Below, piece by piece: positions 1-9,322 of a stretch of 64,000 nt of DNA (position 1 is the first letter of the stretch; every line of letters starts with the position of its first letter). This DNA is from a bacterium (GTDB lineage Archaea > Thermoplasmatota > E2 > JACPAO01 > JAHFTW01). The notes beneath the pieces were generated by a model, which did not search any database, had not been told where the DNA came from, and saw only the letters and a list, made by a program, of their open reading frames with translations. The position numbers were made by a program, and so were the translations under genes. Location of the stretch: NCBI GenBank assembly GCA_040390065.1, contig JAZJZE010000009.1, forward strand, positions 346,930 to 410,929. Reading direction: 5' to 3'.

Positions 1-77
1 ATATTTCAACCTGATTTTAGCGTCGCAAGGCGGGGGGCGACCGAAAAGCCCATCACGGGCGCCTCCGACTCGGCGGC

Positions 78-185
78 GTGGACAAGGAAGCCCGGCGCAC
101 CCTGCGCAACCGCATCATCCTCCTGGCCATCGTCGCCATCTTCGTCATCTCCGGCCTCGCCGTCGTCCTGACTTCGCAGAAGTGA
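78..185 (+). CDS. Small single-TM membrane protein (35 aa)
   Basis: GTG..TGA, MDKEARRTLRNRIILLAIVAIFVISGLAVVLTSQK; basic N-terminus plus hydrophobic helix; host-like codons. Confidence 0.55.
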   Translation: MDKEARRTLRNRIILLAIVAIFVISGLAVVLTSQK

Positions 186-186
186 T

Positions 187-582
187 TCAGGCGAAGACCG
201 ATTGCAGGGTGCCGGTCCAGACGGGGCCGATCTGGTGGTGGAACACGGGGTACCTCTCTTCGACGCGGCGCTCGAGTTCCTTGGCGGCGCGGTACAACGC
301 CTCCACGAATGGCCCGGGGTCCTCGACGGCCTCGACCACGAAGGCGCGCGGCAGGAAACCAATCTGCAGACCCTCGTAAGGGCCCAAGGCGTCCTCCAGC
401 ATGCCGGAGAGCGCGCGGCCCAGGTCACCCTGGAGCCACGCGGAGTACCGCACAGGCATGACGACTTTGGACGTCGCCGAGCGCGGAAGGCGCCGCGAGG
501 CGAGGCGGGCGTTGACGGTCGCGGAGGTCGAGGGGACAGAGGGCTGCGGTTGCAGGGGTTCGAGTTGTAGGGTCAAGCCCAT
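187..582 (-). CDS. Hypothetical protein (131 aa)
   Basis: 3' part of ORF 187..1026 from ATG 582; protein-like composition. Confidence 0.5.
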   Translation of the reverse strand: MGLTLQLEPLQPQPSVPSTSATVNARLASRRLPRSATSKVVMPVRYSAWLQGDLGRALSGMLEDALGPYEGLQIGFLPRAFVVEAVEDPGPFVEALYRAAKELERRVEERYPVFHHQIGPVWTGTLQSVFA

Positions 583-695
583 GCGACGACCATGGGCATG
601 CCAGGGACTTGACCATGCCCGGGGGCCGCGCGAAATCGGACAGACGCGGGTGTCGTGGCGGGATGGTCGGGTCGCCCGGCGACGGGGCCCGACGA

Positions 696-1562
696 CTACG
701 GATACGGGTCGATTGGAGCCTTGCATTGGTCGTCGTTGAAGCGGTACAGGTGGCCTTCGACTTCGGTGTCGTCGGTGAAGCCGTCGAACCCGCCGCGGCC
801 CCCAATGTAAGGGTCTCCCATTTTCGACTGGAGCATAGGGGGGCGCATATGGCCGGTGGCGGGTACTACGCCAGGCTGGGCGGTTTGACTTGCCGCCGTC
901 CAATCCAGGAGAGAAACGTGTCCGTGGGTTTCCCAGGCGACCCGCCGGATGATGCTTTCGGGGGAGTCGTAGGCGTGCAGTCGCTGATCTTGGACCTCGG
1001 AAACCTCTCCGCCTTCGGGTCTCCAACTGGCTGCCATCTTGTCGCCCTGGAAGGTCACGTTGATGGCCGTGTTCAAGGCGGGGAAGCCCAGTTCATCGCG
1101 CAGGAATCGGGTGACGTTCGCGTCGTCGACATAGATTGCATTCAGGATGTAGAAATTGTCGAACTGACCTCGGCGGCAGGCGGCAGGCGTGGTCATGTTG
1201 GTGTGCAACTCAAGGATGAACTGCAGCGGTCGCTCGTAGGGGCCCCACTGCACGCGCGCGCAATCGAAGAGTGCGACCCCGAGTTCGCTGCCAGGGCCCG
1301 AGGTTCCACTCCAGTTCGCAGGCGGTCCGCCCGGGTTTGTGGAGCCCGGCCAGGTCTCCGATGTCTCGAACATGCGGCAAGCGTTCCAAGTCGTGAAGAG
1401 AGGATCGGTGGCGTTTTCGAAACCGATCGGCACGGAGGGTGGCGTCGCGGTCGTCGCATCTGTCGATGGTGAAGAGGAAGACAGGATTGTTTTGGAAGTC
1501 GTCATGCACCCGGACGCAAGGAGCAGTAGAGTGAAACCAAGCGCCCGCAACGGTGGTTGCAT
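696..1562 (-). CDS. Lipoprotein, paralog family A (copy 1)
   Basis: Lipobox LLASGC; clear paralog of 7408..8295 (shared GP(Y/F)ERPLxFxLELHTN, RPPML, EGHLYRFNDDQCKxPIDPYP). Confidence 0.85.
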   Translation of the reverse strand: MQPPLRALGFTLLLLASGCMTTSKTILSSSSPSTDATTATPPSVPIGFENATDPLFTTWNACRMFETSETWPGSTNPGGPPANWSGTSGPGSELGVALFDCARVQWGPYERPLQFILELHTNMTTPAACRRGQFDNFYILNAIYVDDANVTRFLRDELGFPALNTAINVTFQGDKMAASWRPEGGEVSEVQDQRLHAYDSPESIIRRVAWETHGHVSLLDWTAASQTAQPGVVPATGHMRPPMLQSKMGDPYIGGRGGFDGFTDDTEVEGHLYRFNDDQCKAPIDPYP

Positions 1563-1564
1563 GG

Positions 1565-2092
1565 TCAACACTCCGTGCTATCGGGAGACGTGCCGAGGCC
1601 GAGCCGGTATTGGCCGGGGGTCGGCAACTTCGTAAGCGAGGGGGGTTCATCGTTCGGGCCTGCCGGAAAATGAACTAGGAACGGGTTGCCCTTCATCTGA
1701 CCGCCAGTGTGAATGGAAACAGGGAAGAAAGGGGAAAGACCCGGCAGGACGCCGCCCGTGTTGGCTTTGAATTGGAGGCACAACACGCCGACGCGTGGTG
1801 TGCACTTGGTCAGGTCGCCGACCGGATTGGCTGGCGTTGCGGGCAGGATTTCGGCCCAATTGCGGACCACGTCGCGCAGGCAGTCCCACGTCGCCGCCGC
1901 GTCGGCCGTCAAGCCGCACGCGTCGCCGGGTGGCGGGGCCGGCGGATTGCATGCGGTCGCGTTGATTGCGTTGATGGCAGCCGTGACGACGTCCACGACG
2001 GCCTGGTCAAGGGTCTCGGGGTCGTCCGCGACGGCGGCGGGCAGGACGAAGAGCATGATGGTGGCGGTTGCGGCGAGTCGGCTGGCATTCAT
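1565..2092 (-). CDS. Secreted Cys-containing protein, paralog family B (copy 1)
   Basis: Signal peptide ending AVA-D; similar Cys spacing and TGGxMxG, GxYRL, TxC-stop motifs shared with 6917..7414. Confidence 0.75.
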   Translation of the reverse strand: MNASRLAATATIMLFVLPAAVADDPETLDQAVVDVVTAAINAINATACNPPAPPPGDACGLTADAAATWDCLRDVVRNWAEILPATPANPVGDLTKCTPRVGVLCLQFKANTGGVLPGLSPFFPVSIHTGGQMKGNPFLVHFPAGPNDEPPSLTKLPTPGQYRLGLGTSPDSTEC

Positions 2093-2124
2093 GGCGGGCC
2101 CGGAGGTGAGATTGCTGCACCGTA

Positions 2125-2150
2125 CTTAGATGGCGTCGGACAACCATTGG
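2125..2150 (-). promoter_or_regulatory. Conserved promoter block upstream of family B copy 1
   Basis: Minus strand CCAATGGTTGTCCGACGCCATCTAAG; 21/26 identical to 6859..6884; CTAAG begins 37 nt before ATG in both. Confidence 0.7.
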
Positions 2151-2236
2151 TGTCGACTCCGCCAACAGGAGGCGCAGGCGGGGACCGACTTGCCTTGCAA
2201 CTACATGAAACCGATGGAAGGTTTCCGTCCCGCTGA

Positions 2237-2259
2237 TAGCGATTTTCCGGAAATCGCTA
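2237..2259. promoter_or_regulatory. Palindromic operator-like site TAGCGATTT-N5-AAATCGCTA
   Basis: Perfect 9-bp inverted arms; 19/23 match to 6751..6773 at the same distance from the paralog start. Confidence 0.6.
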
Positions 2260-2301
2260 GGCATGGCTCCCGGCGCTGGCCAAAGAGGGGTCAGCGAGGC
2301 T

Positions 2302-3795
2302 TCAACCCGCCACGGGCGTCCGGCGCAACATCGTTCCGCCCATCTGCACGCCGACCGCGCCGCGGCTCGTGATCGTGTCCTTCGCCGTGCCGGTCGGCGT
2401 GGCGCAGGTGTCGTTGCACAGGTCGACGAGGGACACCCACACTTGGCCCGTCTTGGGGTGGATCTGGATGTCGAAGAAGTCGAACATGCCGCTGCAACGG
2501 CCGGCACACGCGCCGCGCTTCAACGGATCCACGACGGGGTTGGCAGTGACCGAAGCGAAGACGGGGTCCGGCTTGTCGGCGTCGAGGCTGAAGCCCAGGT
2601 AGCCGTTCCACGTCGCATTGGCCAGCGCCGCGTCCTTGGCGGTGAATCCGCCCGGCACGGTGCTGCCGACGTAAAGGAAGGCGATGCGGCCGCCGTCGCC
2701 CGCCGTCACGGCCGGGAACTTGGCCGCCGTGACGCCGGGGGCGGTGACGTTCATGCTGGCCTCGAACGTCTGGCCGTCGTCGTGGCTCACGGCGAGGCGA
2801 GGGAAGCCTTGGCCGTCGAGCCAGAAGTAATAGACCGTGCCGTTGGCGTCCGCGGCGACGGAGCCGTCGTGGCCGGAAATGCCGGCCGTACCGTCGACCA
2901 CGACCTGCGTCCACGTCGTGCCCATGTCGGTGCTGCGCGCGACTTCGGGGAAGCCGCACTGGCCCTTGGGAAGGAACACGGTGCCCGTCTTCTGCGAAGC
3001 GTAGACGTGCCCCGACAGGCCGCCGCAGAAGTCGGGTTGGCCGCCTTCGCCCTGGCCGGAGGTCGCGCCGGGGTACGGCGGCGCGCCGGCAACCCAGTCG
3101 AGGCCGCCGTCGAGACTGCGCGAGCAACTCGTGGCCGCGATCTGGTTGACGCAGTAGTACAGGACACGAGGGTAGACCGGGTTGGGAACGGCGGGTGCCA
3201 CGACGGGACCGGCCGCGATGCTCTGGTGGTCGTCGACGGGGATGCCGCAGGCGATCGGGTTGGTGGTCCACGTGACACCGTCGTCGTCGGTGTAGCTGAG
3301 GTCTGCGCAGCCGACGTACAGGTCGATGGTGAACAGGCGGCCCGTTGCCGGGTCGGCGTAGACGAACGGGTCGAGGCTGACCGGGTTCCCGGCCACGGCG
3401 CCGGCGTTGCCGATGGTCGGCGTGCGGTCGGTCCAGGTCGTGCCGTTGTCGGTGGAGATGTAGATGAGCGTCCGAGGTGCTGCGCCGGGCATGGCGGCCA
3501 CGGCGTCGAACTCGATGCTGGGGTAGATGGCGGCGCCGCGTGCGTTGACGCCGATGGTCGGCTCGCCCGAACCGCGCTTGGCGACGTAGTGCTCGGCCAT
3601 GACCGGGATGTCGCCGGGGTATTGGCTGGCATCCACGATGACGCCATCGGCGCGGTGCACGACGGGGACCTGGCCCGGCGCAGGCAGCGGGGGCGTCGTG
3701 TCCGTGCTGGAAGTCGAGGTGTTGCCGTTGTTGCCGGAACAGCCGGCGACGACGAGGGCGGCGATGGAGAGGGCCGCAAACAGGATGGCGCGCAT
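2302..3795 (-). CDS. BNR/Asp-box sialidase-like beta-propeller lipoprotein
   Basis: Lipobox VAGC; repeated SxDxGxTW motifs (STDNGTTW, TDDDGVTW, SLDGGLDW, STDMGTTW, SHDDGQTF). Confidence 0.85.
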   Translation of the reverse strand: MRAILFAALSIAALVVAGCSGNNGNTSTSSTDTTPPLPAPGQVPVVHRADGVIVDASQYPGDIPVMAEHYVAKRGSGEPTIGVNARGAAIYPSIEFDAVAAMPGAAPRTLIYISTDNGTTWTDRTPTIGNAGAVAGNPVSLDPFVYADPATGRLFTIDLYVGCADLSYTDDDGVTWTTNPIACGIPVDDHQSIAAGPVVAPAVPNPVYPRVLYYCVNQIAATSCSRSLDGGLDWVAGAPPYPGATSGQGEGGQPDFCGGLSGHVYASQKTGTVFLPKGQCGFPEVARSTDMGTTWTQVVVDGTAGISGHDGSVAADANGTVYYFWLDGQGFPRLAVSHDDGQTFEASMNVTAPGVTAAKFPAVTAGDGGRIAFLYVGSTVPGGFTAKDAALANATWNGYLGFSLDADKPDPVFASVTANPVVDPLKRGACAGRCSGMFDFFDIQIHPKTGQVWVSLVDLCNDTCATPTGTAKDTITSRGAVGVQMGGTMLRRTPVAG

Positions 3796-3821
3796 CACAC
3801 GGCGACGAGGGGTGGGGGATT

Positions 3822-4511
3822 TCACGTTTGTTGCAGCCGCCGCTCCGTCGGCCTGTGCGGGTGCAACGCCACGGGGCGCTCCAGGACGGGCTCAGGCTCG
3901 GCGTAGTCGAGGAGTGTCGTGCGGTGGGCAAGCATCGGGTCGAGGGCCACGCCGATCTCGGGCGTGACGCGCCAGCGCCCTGCCGTCGCGGCGACGCTCC
4001 AGCGCACGTCGGCGGCGTCGTACGTAAGCTGTGCGAGGACGGGGTGCGACTTCCACCAGCGCGCCATGTCGAGGCCGAGCATGATGGGGATGCGGTGGCG
4101 GCGCGCAACGTTCCGGAGGTGCCGCACGGCGTAGCGCGTGTAGTCCTCGGCTTCCCAGTCGGCCAGTTCGTCCGTGGAGAACAGGCGGTCGAAGGGCACG
4201 ACGAGGGCGAGGCTGGCCTCCGTCTGGGCGAGTTTTTCCGGCAAGTGTTTCGTGAGCACGGTGTCCCATTGGAACGGCGTCATGCAGCGTTTGATGAGCA
4301 TGCGTTGGGCGCCGTCGTCGGCGGCAAGGCCTCGCGTCAGGTTCAGTTCGGCAAAATCGTAGGGGTCGAAGCCGTGGTCGCCGTCGCACCAGAGCACGTG
4401 GCCCGGATGCGTCCGCAGCGCGAAGTGGGCAAGTTCCTGGCTGAAGCCGCGCACGTCGCGGCCGGAGCCGTGCAGCAAGGCAAGGCCGGGCTGCAGGAGA
4501 GGGGCCCACAC
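3822..4511 (-). CDS. Inactive RecA/RadA-like protein (ImuA-like, PolB2-associated type)
   Basis: LxxLHG (degenerate Walker A), VLWCDGDHGFDPYDF, IKRCMTPFQ motifs typical of inactivated RecA-fold proteins; start uncertain. Confidence 0.65.
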   Translation of the reverse strand: MWAPLLQPGLALLHGSGRDVRGFSQELAHFALRTHPGHVLWCDGDHGFDPYDFAELNLTRGLAADDGAQRMLIKRCMTPFQWDTVLTKHLPEKLAQTEASLALVVPFDRLFSTDELADWEAEDYTRYAVRHLRNVARRHRIPIMLGLDMARWWKSHPVLAQLTYDAADVRWSVAATAGRWRVTPEIGVALDPMLAHRTTLLDYAEPEPVLERPVALHPHRPTERRLQQT

Positions 4512-4687
4512 ATGTCCAGGTACGAGGGCAACGAACGAAGGCTTGGTGATGAGGTAAGTGAAAGCCGCGCGCCCCTTGACAGGCCCAAACCCTTGTTGCA
4601 CATATCGGCCGGAAACTCTTTACGGACTCCAAGGGGATGGCCTGCCGTTCCAGCATGCGACGGGGCTCAGGCAGGTCGGCTCGCACC

Positions 4688-6676
4688 ATGGCGGCGTTCT
4701 CCGCATTGTGCGCCATGGCCATCCTGCTGCAGGCCGTGCCCGCCTCGGCGACCATCACGACATACTCCAGCAGCGTGGCCGGGGGCGCCCTCGCCGTCGC
4801 CACGGCCATGACGCGTGGCGAAGGCGCCAATGCCTTGGTCACAAGCGCCTCGTGGACAGTCTACCCGGCCCCTGGCGGCGTGCCGGCCGTCGGCTGCACC
4901 GCCGTCGCCGCCAACCCGACCCCGGCCGGCACCTCGGACGCCGCCATCACGACGGGCTTCGGGGTGCCAGACGGGGCCGCCTTCGGCCTGCTCACGACGG
5001 GCGACGCGGCCGACGCCAACACTCCCTCCGCCGGCGCCAACACTTGCAGCGGCACCACCGAGCGCGGCGCCAACGACGTGGTCGTGCAGCGCATCAACGT
5101 GCAGGTGCCCCCGGGCGACAACTGCCTGACGTTCACCTTCCAGTTCCTGAGCGAAGAGTTCCCAGAATACGTCAATTCGTAGTTCAACGACGCCTTCCTG
5201 GCGGAGGTCGACGCGGACACGTGGATCGTCTCGGGCGGCAGCATCAATGCCCCCGACAACTTCGCCTACGTCTCTCCCGGCGTGGCCGTCACGATCAACT
5301 CGCTGGGCTTCACGTACATGAGCGCCAGCAAGGCTGCCGGGACGCCGTACGGTGGCGGCTCCGACACCTTCTCCGCCAGCAAGGCCGTGACGCCGGGGCC
5401 GCATGCGCTCTTCCTCTCGATCTTCGACGCGAGCGACATGAAGCTGGACTCCGCCGTCTTCGTTGACGACATCCACACCCACGCCGTCGTGGACCCGGCC
5501 TCCAACTGCGCCTCCGGCATCCAGCCGAACCCGACGCAGCCGCCCAAGCCGCAGTACTCGTTCTCCGCCTCGCTCGTCGACAAGTCGTGCAACTCGGCGA
5601 CGTACCAATTCAGCGACACGAGCACACCGGCCAGCCCGTTCGTTTCCTGGGCCTGGGACTTCGGCGACGGGGGCACCGCCTCCGGATCGTCCGTCAGCCA
5701 CACCTACACGACGGAGGGTGCCAAGGTCGTGACCCTGGTGGCCAGCGACGGCAGCGGCGGGAGCTTCACGGTGACACAGCAGGTCATCGTGTCGTTCGTC
5801 TCCTGCCCGCCTACCATCGATGCCATCGCCCCTGGAACGGTGCTCCCCGGCGACGACGTCGAGGTGTGCGCCGTCGGCCACCCAGGCCTCGGCGGTGCGT
5901 TGTCGTACACCGTCGAGCGTCTCCCCGAGGGCGCCAGCTTCACGGGCCCTTGCTTCTCCTGGATCCCGACGGACTCGCAGCGCGGCACCTATCCGTGCAT
6001 CTCCATCACGGTGCACGAGGCGGGATCGACGCTGACGGCGACGACGTGCCTCAGCATCCGGGTGGCTGCGCCCTCGACCGAGCCTGCCCCCGACGCGGAC
6101 CTCGACGGCATCCCCGACTCGGCCGACAACTGCAGCGCCACGTCCAACCACGACCAAGCGGACACCGACCGGGACGGTGTCGGCGACGCGTGCGACCCAG
6201 AGTGCGGGCCTGACCCCGCCTGCCCGGCTACGCGCATCGCCGACGGTGCTCGCGGCCGCCGCACCTTCGCTCCCGACGGCGACCAGGACGGCACGCCTGA
6301 CACGACCGACGATTGCCCGACCGTCGCCAATCCGGACCAGTCGGACCGCGATCGCGACCAGATCGGTGACGCCTGCGACGCGGACATCGACGGCGACGGC
6401 ATCGCGGACGTCGGCGACGCGGGGGCGTTCCTGGACAACTGCCCGCTCAAGCCCAACGCGGACCAGAAGGACGCAGACGGCGACGGCGTCGGCGACGCCT
6501 GCCAGCCTGCGGCCGCAGGCCCGGCGTCGGCGACCACTGGAAGGATGGCCAGCCAAGCGCCTGTGCGCTCGACGTTCGAGGACCTTGGCATGACCCTCGT
6601 CATCGCGGCTGGTGTGGCGGCGGCCCTGACGGCAGGCCTCATCGCCATGGCGCTGCGCCGCGGCCGCCACGGTTAG
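4688..6676 (+). pseudogene. Surface protein (choice-of-anchor-L-like + PKD + Ig-like + TSP3 Ca-binding repeats + C-terminal TM) with in-frame TAG at 5180..5182
   Basis: ORFs 4637..5182 and 5282..6676 are in the same frame; FLSEEFPEYVNS*FNDAF; WAWDFGDG PKD motif; DxDGDGxGDACD repeats. Confidence 0.8.
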
Positions 6677-6750
6677 TTTCGCGCGAGGCGGCGTCGCGTC
6701 TGTTTGTAGCCGAGGCGCAAAGGATGCGCGAGGAGCGGGTGAAGCCAGTC

Positions 6751-6773
6751 TAGCGATTTCCCGCAAATCGGCA
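6751..6773. promoter_or_regulatory. Second copy of palindromic operator-like site
   Basis: TAGCGATTTCCCGCAAATCGGCA, 166 nt before ATG 6917 (167 nt in copy 1). Confidence 0.55.
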
Positions 6774-6858
6774 TCGGCAGACACGCCATGCCGCGCTAGC
6801 CTCAAGTACCGGCACGCCAAGCCGGATTCGCCCTTTCCTCCCGTTGCACGGGCCAAGG

Positions 6859-6884
6859 CCAACGCTTGTCCGACGCAGGCTAAG
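6859..6884 (+). promoter_or_regulatory. Conserved promoter block upstream of family B copy 2
   Basis: CCAACGCTTGTCCGACGCAGGCTAAG; matches reverse complement of 2125..2150. Confidence 0.7.
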
Positions 6885-6916
6885 AAGGAGCGCCAACTCG
6901 ACCATTACGTGAACCC

Positions 6917-7414
6917 ATGCGTTCCCTCGCCCTCCCCATCACCGCCTTCCTGCTCACCTTCGTGCCCATCGGGCCCGCCCACGCCGACCCCATCGCGACA
7001 CCAGCGGCTGATGACTTCGTCGACGCCATCATCACGATCACGGAACTCCTCGACGACGCCCCATGCCTCGCCCCGACCGTGCCGCAAGTCGGCGACTGCC
7101 CAGGGCAGACGGGCAACACGACGGTTGGCTGGCTTCTCGGAGTCGTCGACAAATGGGCCAGCCGCACACCAGGACCGGACGAGGCCCGCGAGGACGTGGC
7201 GAATTGTCTTGATGGGGTCTACTGCGTGGAGTTTTGGCTTGGGTCCAATGAACCCATCCAAGCCTGGGCCAGCCCGCTGATTGTTTCGACGGGCGGCGGG
7301 ATGCTCGGCAAGGACTTCATGGTAAGCAGTGACGGCCGTCACCGCCTCCCCGGGCTGGCGGGACTTGGCGCGTATCGGCTTCTGGAAGATTCCGGGGGCG
7401 GCACACATTGCTGA
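6917..7414 (+). CDS. Secreted Cys-containing protein, paralog family B (copy 2)
   Basis: Signal peptide AHA-D; homologous to 1565..2092. Confidence 0.75.
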   Translation: MRSLALPITAFLLTFVPIGPAHADPIATPAADDFVDAIITITELLDDAPCLAPTVPQVGDCPGQTGNTTVGWLLGVVDKWASRTPGPDEAREDVANCLDGVYCVEFWLGSNEPIQAWASPLIVSTGGGMLGKDFMVSSDGRHRLPGLAGLGAYRLLEDSGGGTHC

Positions 7415-8295
7415 CCCGCGCGGCCCGGCAGCTGACTGCCCTCTGTGTTGTGCTTGCAGCCGTCGTTGCCGGTTGTAGCCAACCGCATCCCACTTCATCA
7501 CAGTCTGAATCCGCCCCCCGTCCCGAACCCGAACCCGCGCCAGCGCCATCCCCGAACGCGACCTCGCCTACCTGGGACGACCTCAACTTCACGACGTGGA
7601 ACGGATGCCACCAACTGACCTCCGGCGTCACGTGGCCGGCGGATACGAACCCCGGGCGCCCACCCGCGAATTGGTCCAGTGCATCCAGCGGCCTCGGAAG
7701 TGACGTCCGAATGTCCTTCTTCTCGTGCCAGCGGTTCCACCTCGGACCTTTCGAACGCCCGCTCAACTTCGTCCTCGAACTGCATACCAACGCCACGCTG
7801 CCGGTCACTTGCAAAAAGGGAAGTTGGGAACTTTTCCAGTACGTGAACGGCCTATGGACCGATGATGCCGACGTCGTGACGTTCTTGGCTACCCAACTCG
7901 GGCTGCCTGCTCACATGGCGACCGTCGCTGTCGAAACTGGGGGCGTGGCAGGCGTGTCCTTCAACGCCACATGGACCTGGACGCCGGAAAGCGGTCAGAC
8001 GTCCGACGTCTCGACGGGCCAGATTCTCGCGAAGCAGGCCGGAAGCACGGACACGGAGCGGCTTGCATGGGTCACAGCAGGAAAGGTTTCGCTCCTCGAC
8101 CTCAAGATTACTCGAGCCAACTACCTGCCCCAGGAAATCGCGACCCCGGGCCACATTCGACCCCCCATGCTGGCATCGGCCCTGGGAGACCCATATCCGG
8201 GAATTGGGGGCATCGCGGGCTCCGGTGACGTCGAGGGCCACCTGTACCGTTTCAACGACGACCAATGCAAGCAGCCCATCGACCCTTACCCGTAG
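7408..8295 (+). CDS. Lipoprotein, paralog family A (copy 2)
   Basis: Lipobox VAGC; paralog of 696..1562; overlaps stop of upstream gene. Confidence 0.85.
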   Translation: MLTRAARQLTALCVVLAAVVAGCSQPHPTSSQSESAPRPEPEPAPAPSPNATSPTWDDLNFTTWNGCHQLTSGVTWPADTNPGRPPANWSSASSGLGSDVRMSFFSCQRFHLGPFERPLNFVLELHTNATLPVTCKKGSWELFQYVNGLWTDDADVVTFLATQLGLPAHMATVAVETGGVAGVSFNATWTWTPESGQTSDVSTGQILAKQAGSTDTERLAWVTAGKVSLLDLKITRANYLPQEIATPGHIRPPMLASALGDPYPGIGGIAGSGDVEGHLYRFNDDQCKQPIDPYP

Positions 8296-8304
8296 TCGCG
8301 TCTC

Positions 8305-9153
8305 TCAAGGGTTTGGCGCGTTGCCCATCCGTTTCCTCGTCTGGTCATAGCCAAGAGCGTACAGGCGTCGCGCATCCTCGGGGTCGAAGCGCAGGATGAG
8401 GCTCGACAGCGGCGGCTCCGGCGCGTGCACTTGCAACTCGAACGGTTCGATGTGCATCGGGTCTTCCGGGACGAGGCGGGTGCGTATCTGCAGGGCCTCC
8501 ATGGCGTGGGCCTGTTGGCTGTGCCACGTGACGTCGCTGGCCCGGCGGAGAAGGTCCACAAGGCCATGGGGGGCCGGCTCCGGATGGGGTTGCCACGGGT
8601 CGTGCAGGAGCGCGACGATGTGCCGGTGGCCGCGTTCGACGGCGTGGCGAAGCGGGAAAGCGTTCCAGTGCCCGCCGTCGGCATGGAGGCGGCCGGCAAC
8701 GCGTACCGGCGGCAGGCCCGGCATGAGTGCTGCGCTCGCAAGAAGGTGGTCCGGCGTGAGTTCGGTGTGCTTGAACTCGACTTCAGCGCCGGCTTCGACG
8801 TCGGTGGCCGTGACCAGGAGGGGAGTTGGCGCCTTGCGCAAGGCGGCGAAGTCGATGTTGCCCTCCAGCAGGCGCCGCAGCCGCGCCGCGTCGTGGAAGC
8901 CGAGCCATCCCCGCCACCGCCAGACATCGCGCCGTACGCGCATCAAGTCCTTGGTGCGCAGCTTCGTCCACCAGCGCTCCATCTCGGCGGGCGGCGTCTC
9001 GAGCACGATCATTGCAGCGTTGATGGCGCCAGCGCTCGTGCCCACGACGAGGCCCGGCTTGACTCCCGCTTCGTGCAACGCCTTCCAACAGCCGGCTTGG
9101 TATGCGCCCCGCGAACCGGCGCCGGAGAGGACCAGGGCGGGTTCGTTGGGCAC
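8305..9153 (-). CDS. Patatin-like phospholipase
   Basis: ALVLSGAGSRGAYQAG, GTSAG nucleophile elbow, DGG motif. Confidence 0.9.
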   Translation of the reverse strand: MPNEPALVLSGAGSRGAYQAGCWKALHEAGVKPGLVVGTSAGAINAAMIVLETPPAEMERWWTKLRTKDLMRVRRDVWRWRGWLGFHDAARLRRLLEGNIDFAALRKAPTPLLVTATDVEAGAEVEFKHTELTPDHLLASAALMPGLPPVRVAGRLHADGGHWNAFPLRHAVERGHRHIVALLHDPWQPHPEPAPHGLVDLLRRASDVTWHSQQAHAMEALQIRTRLVPEDPMHIEPFELQVHAPEPPLSSLILRFDPEDARRLYALGYDQTRKRMGNAPNP

Positions 9154-9202
9154 GCGGCGGCGAGGGGGTGGTCCTTCATTGCCTTGCGCTGCCCGCCGAC
9201 GG

Positions 9203-9269
9203 GTCAACAGACACCACAGATGCAACCGATGAATGACCTCTATCTGTTTCATCTGTTCCATCTGTTGAC
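9203..9269. repeat. 9-mer palindromic element (intergenic copy A)
   Basis: GTCAACAGAC-ACCACAGAT-GCAACCGAT-loop-ATCTGTTTC-ATCTGTTCC-ATCTGTTGAC. Confidence 0.85.
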
Positions 9270-9322
9270 AAGCGGCCGCAGTCGGGTCATTCGGCTCACG
9301 ACGACCGCAGACTCGGACACTC

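Noticed and set aside
6090-6500. GACGGCGAC-rich DNA repeats
   Set aside because: Explained by TSP3 calcium-binding protein repeats
9154-9261. N-terminal extension MEQMKQIE.. of patatin
   Set aside because: The ATG comes from the palindromic element; the family-typical start is the GTG at 9153
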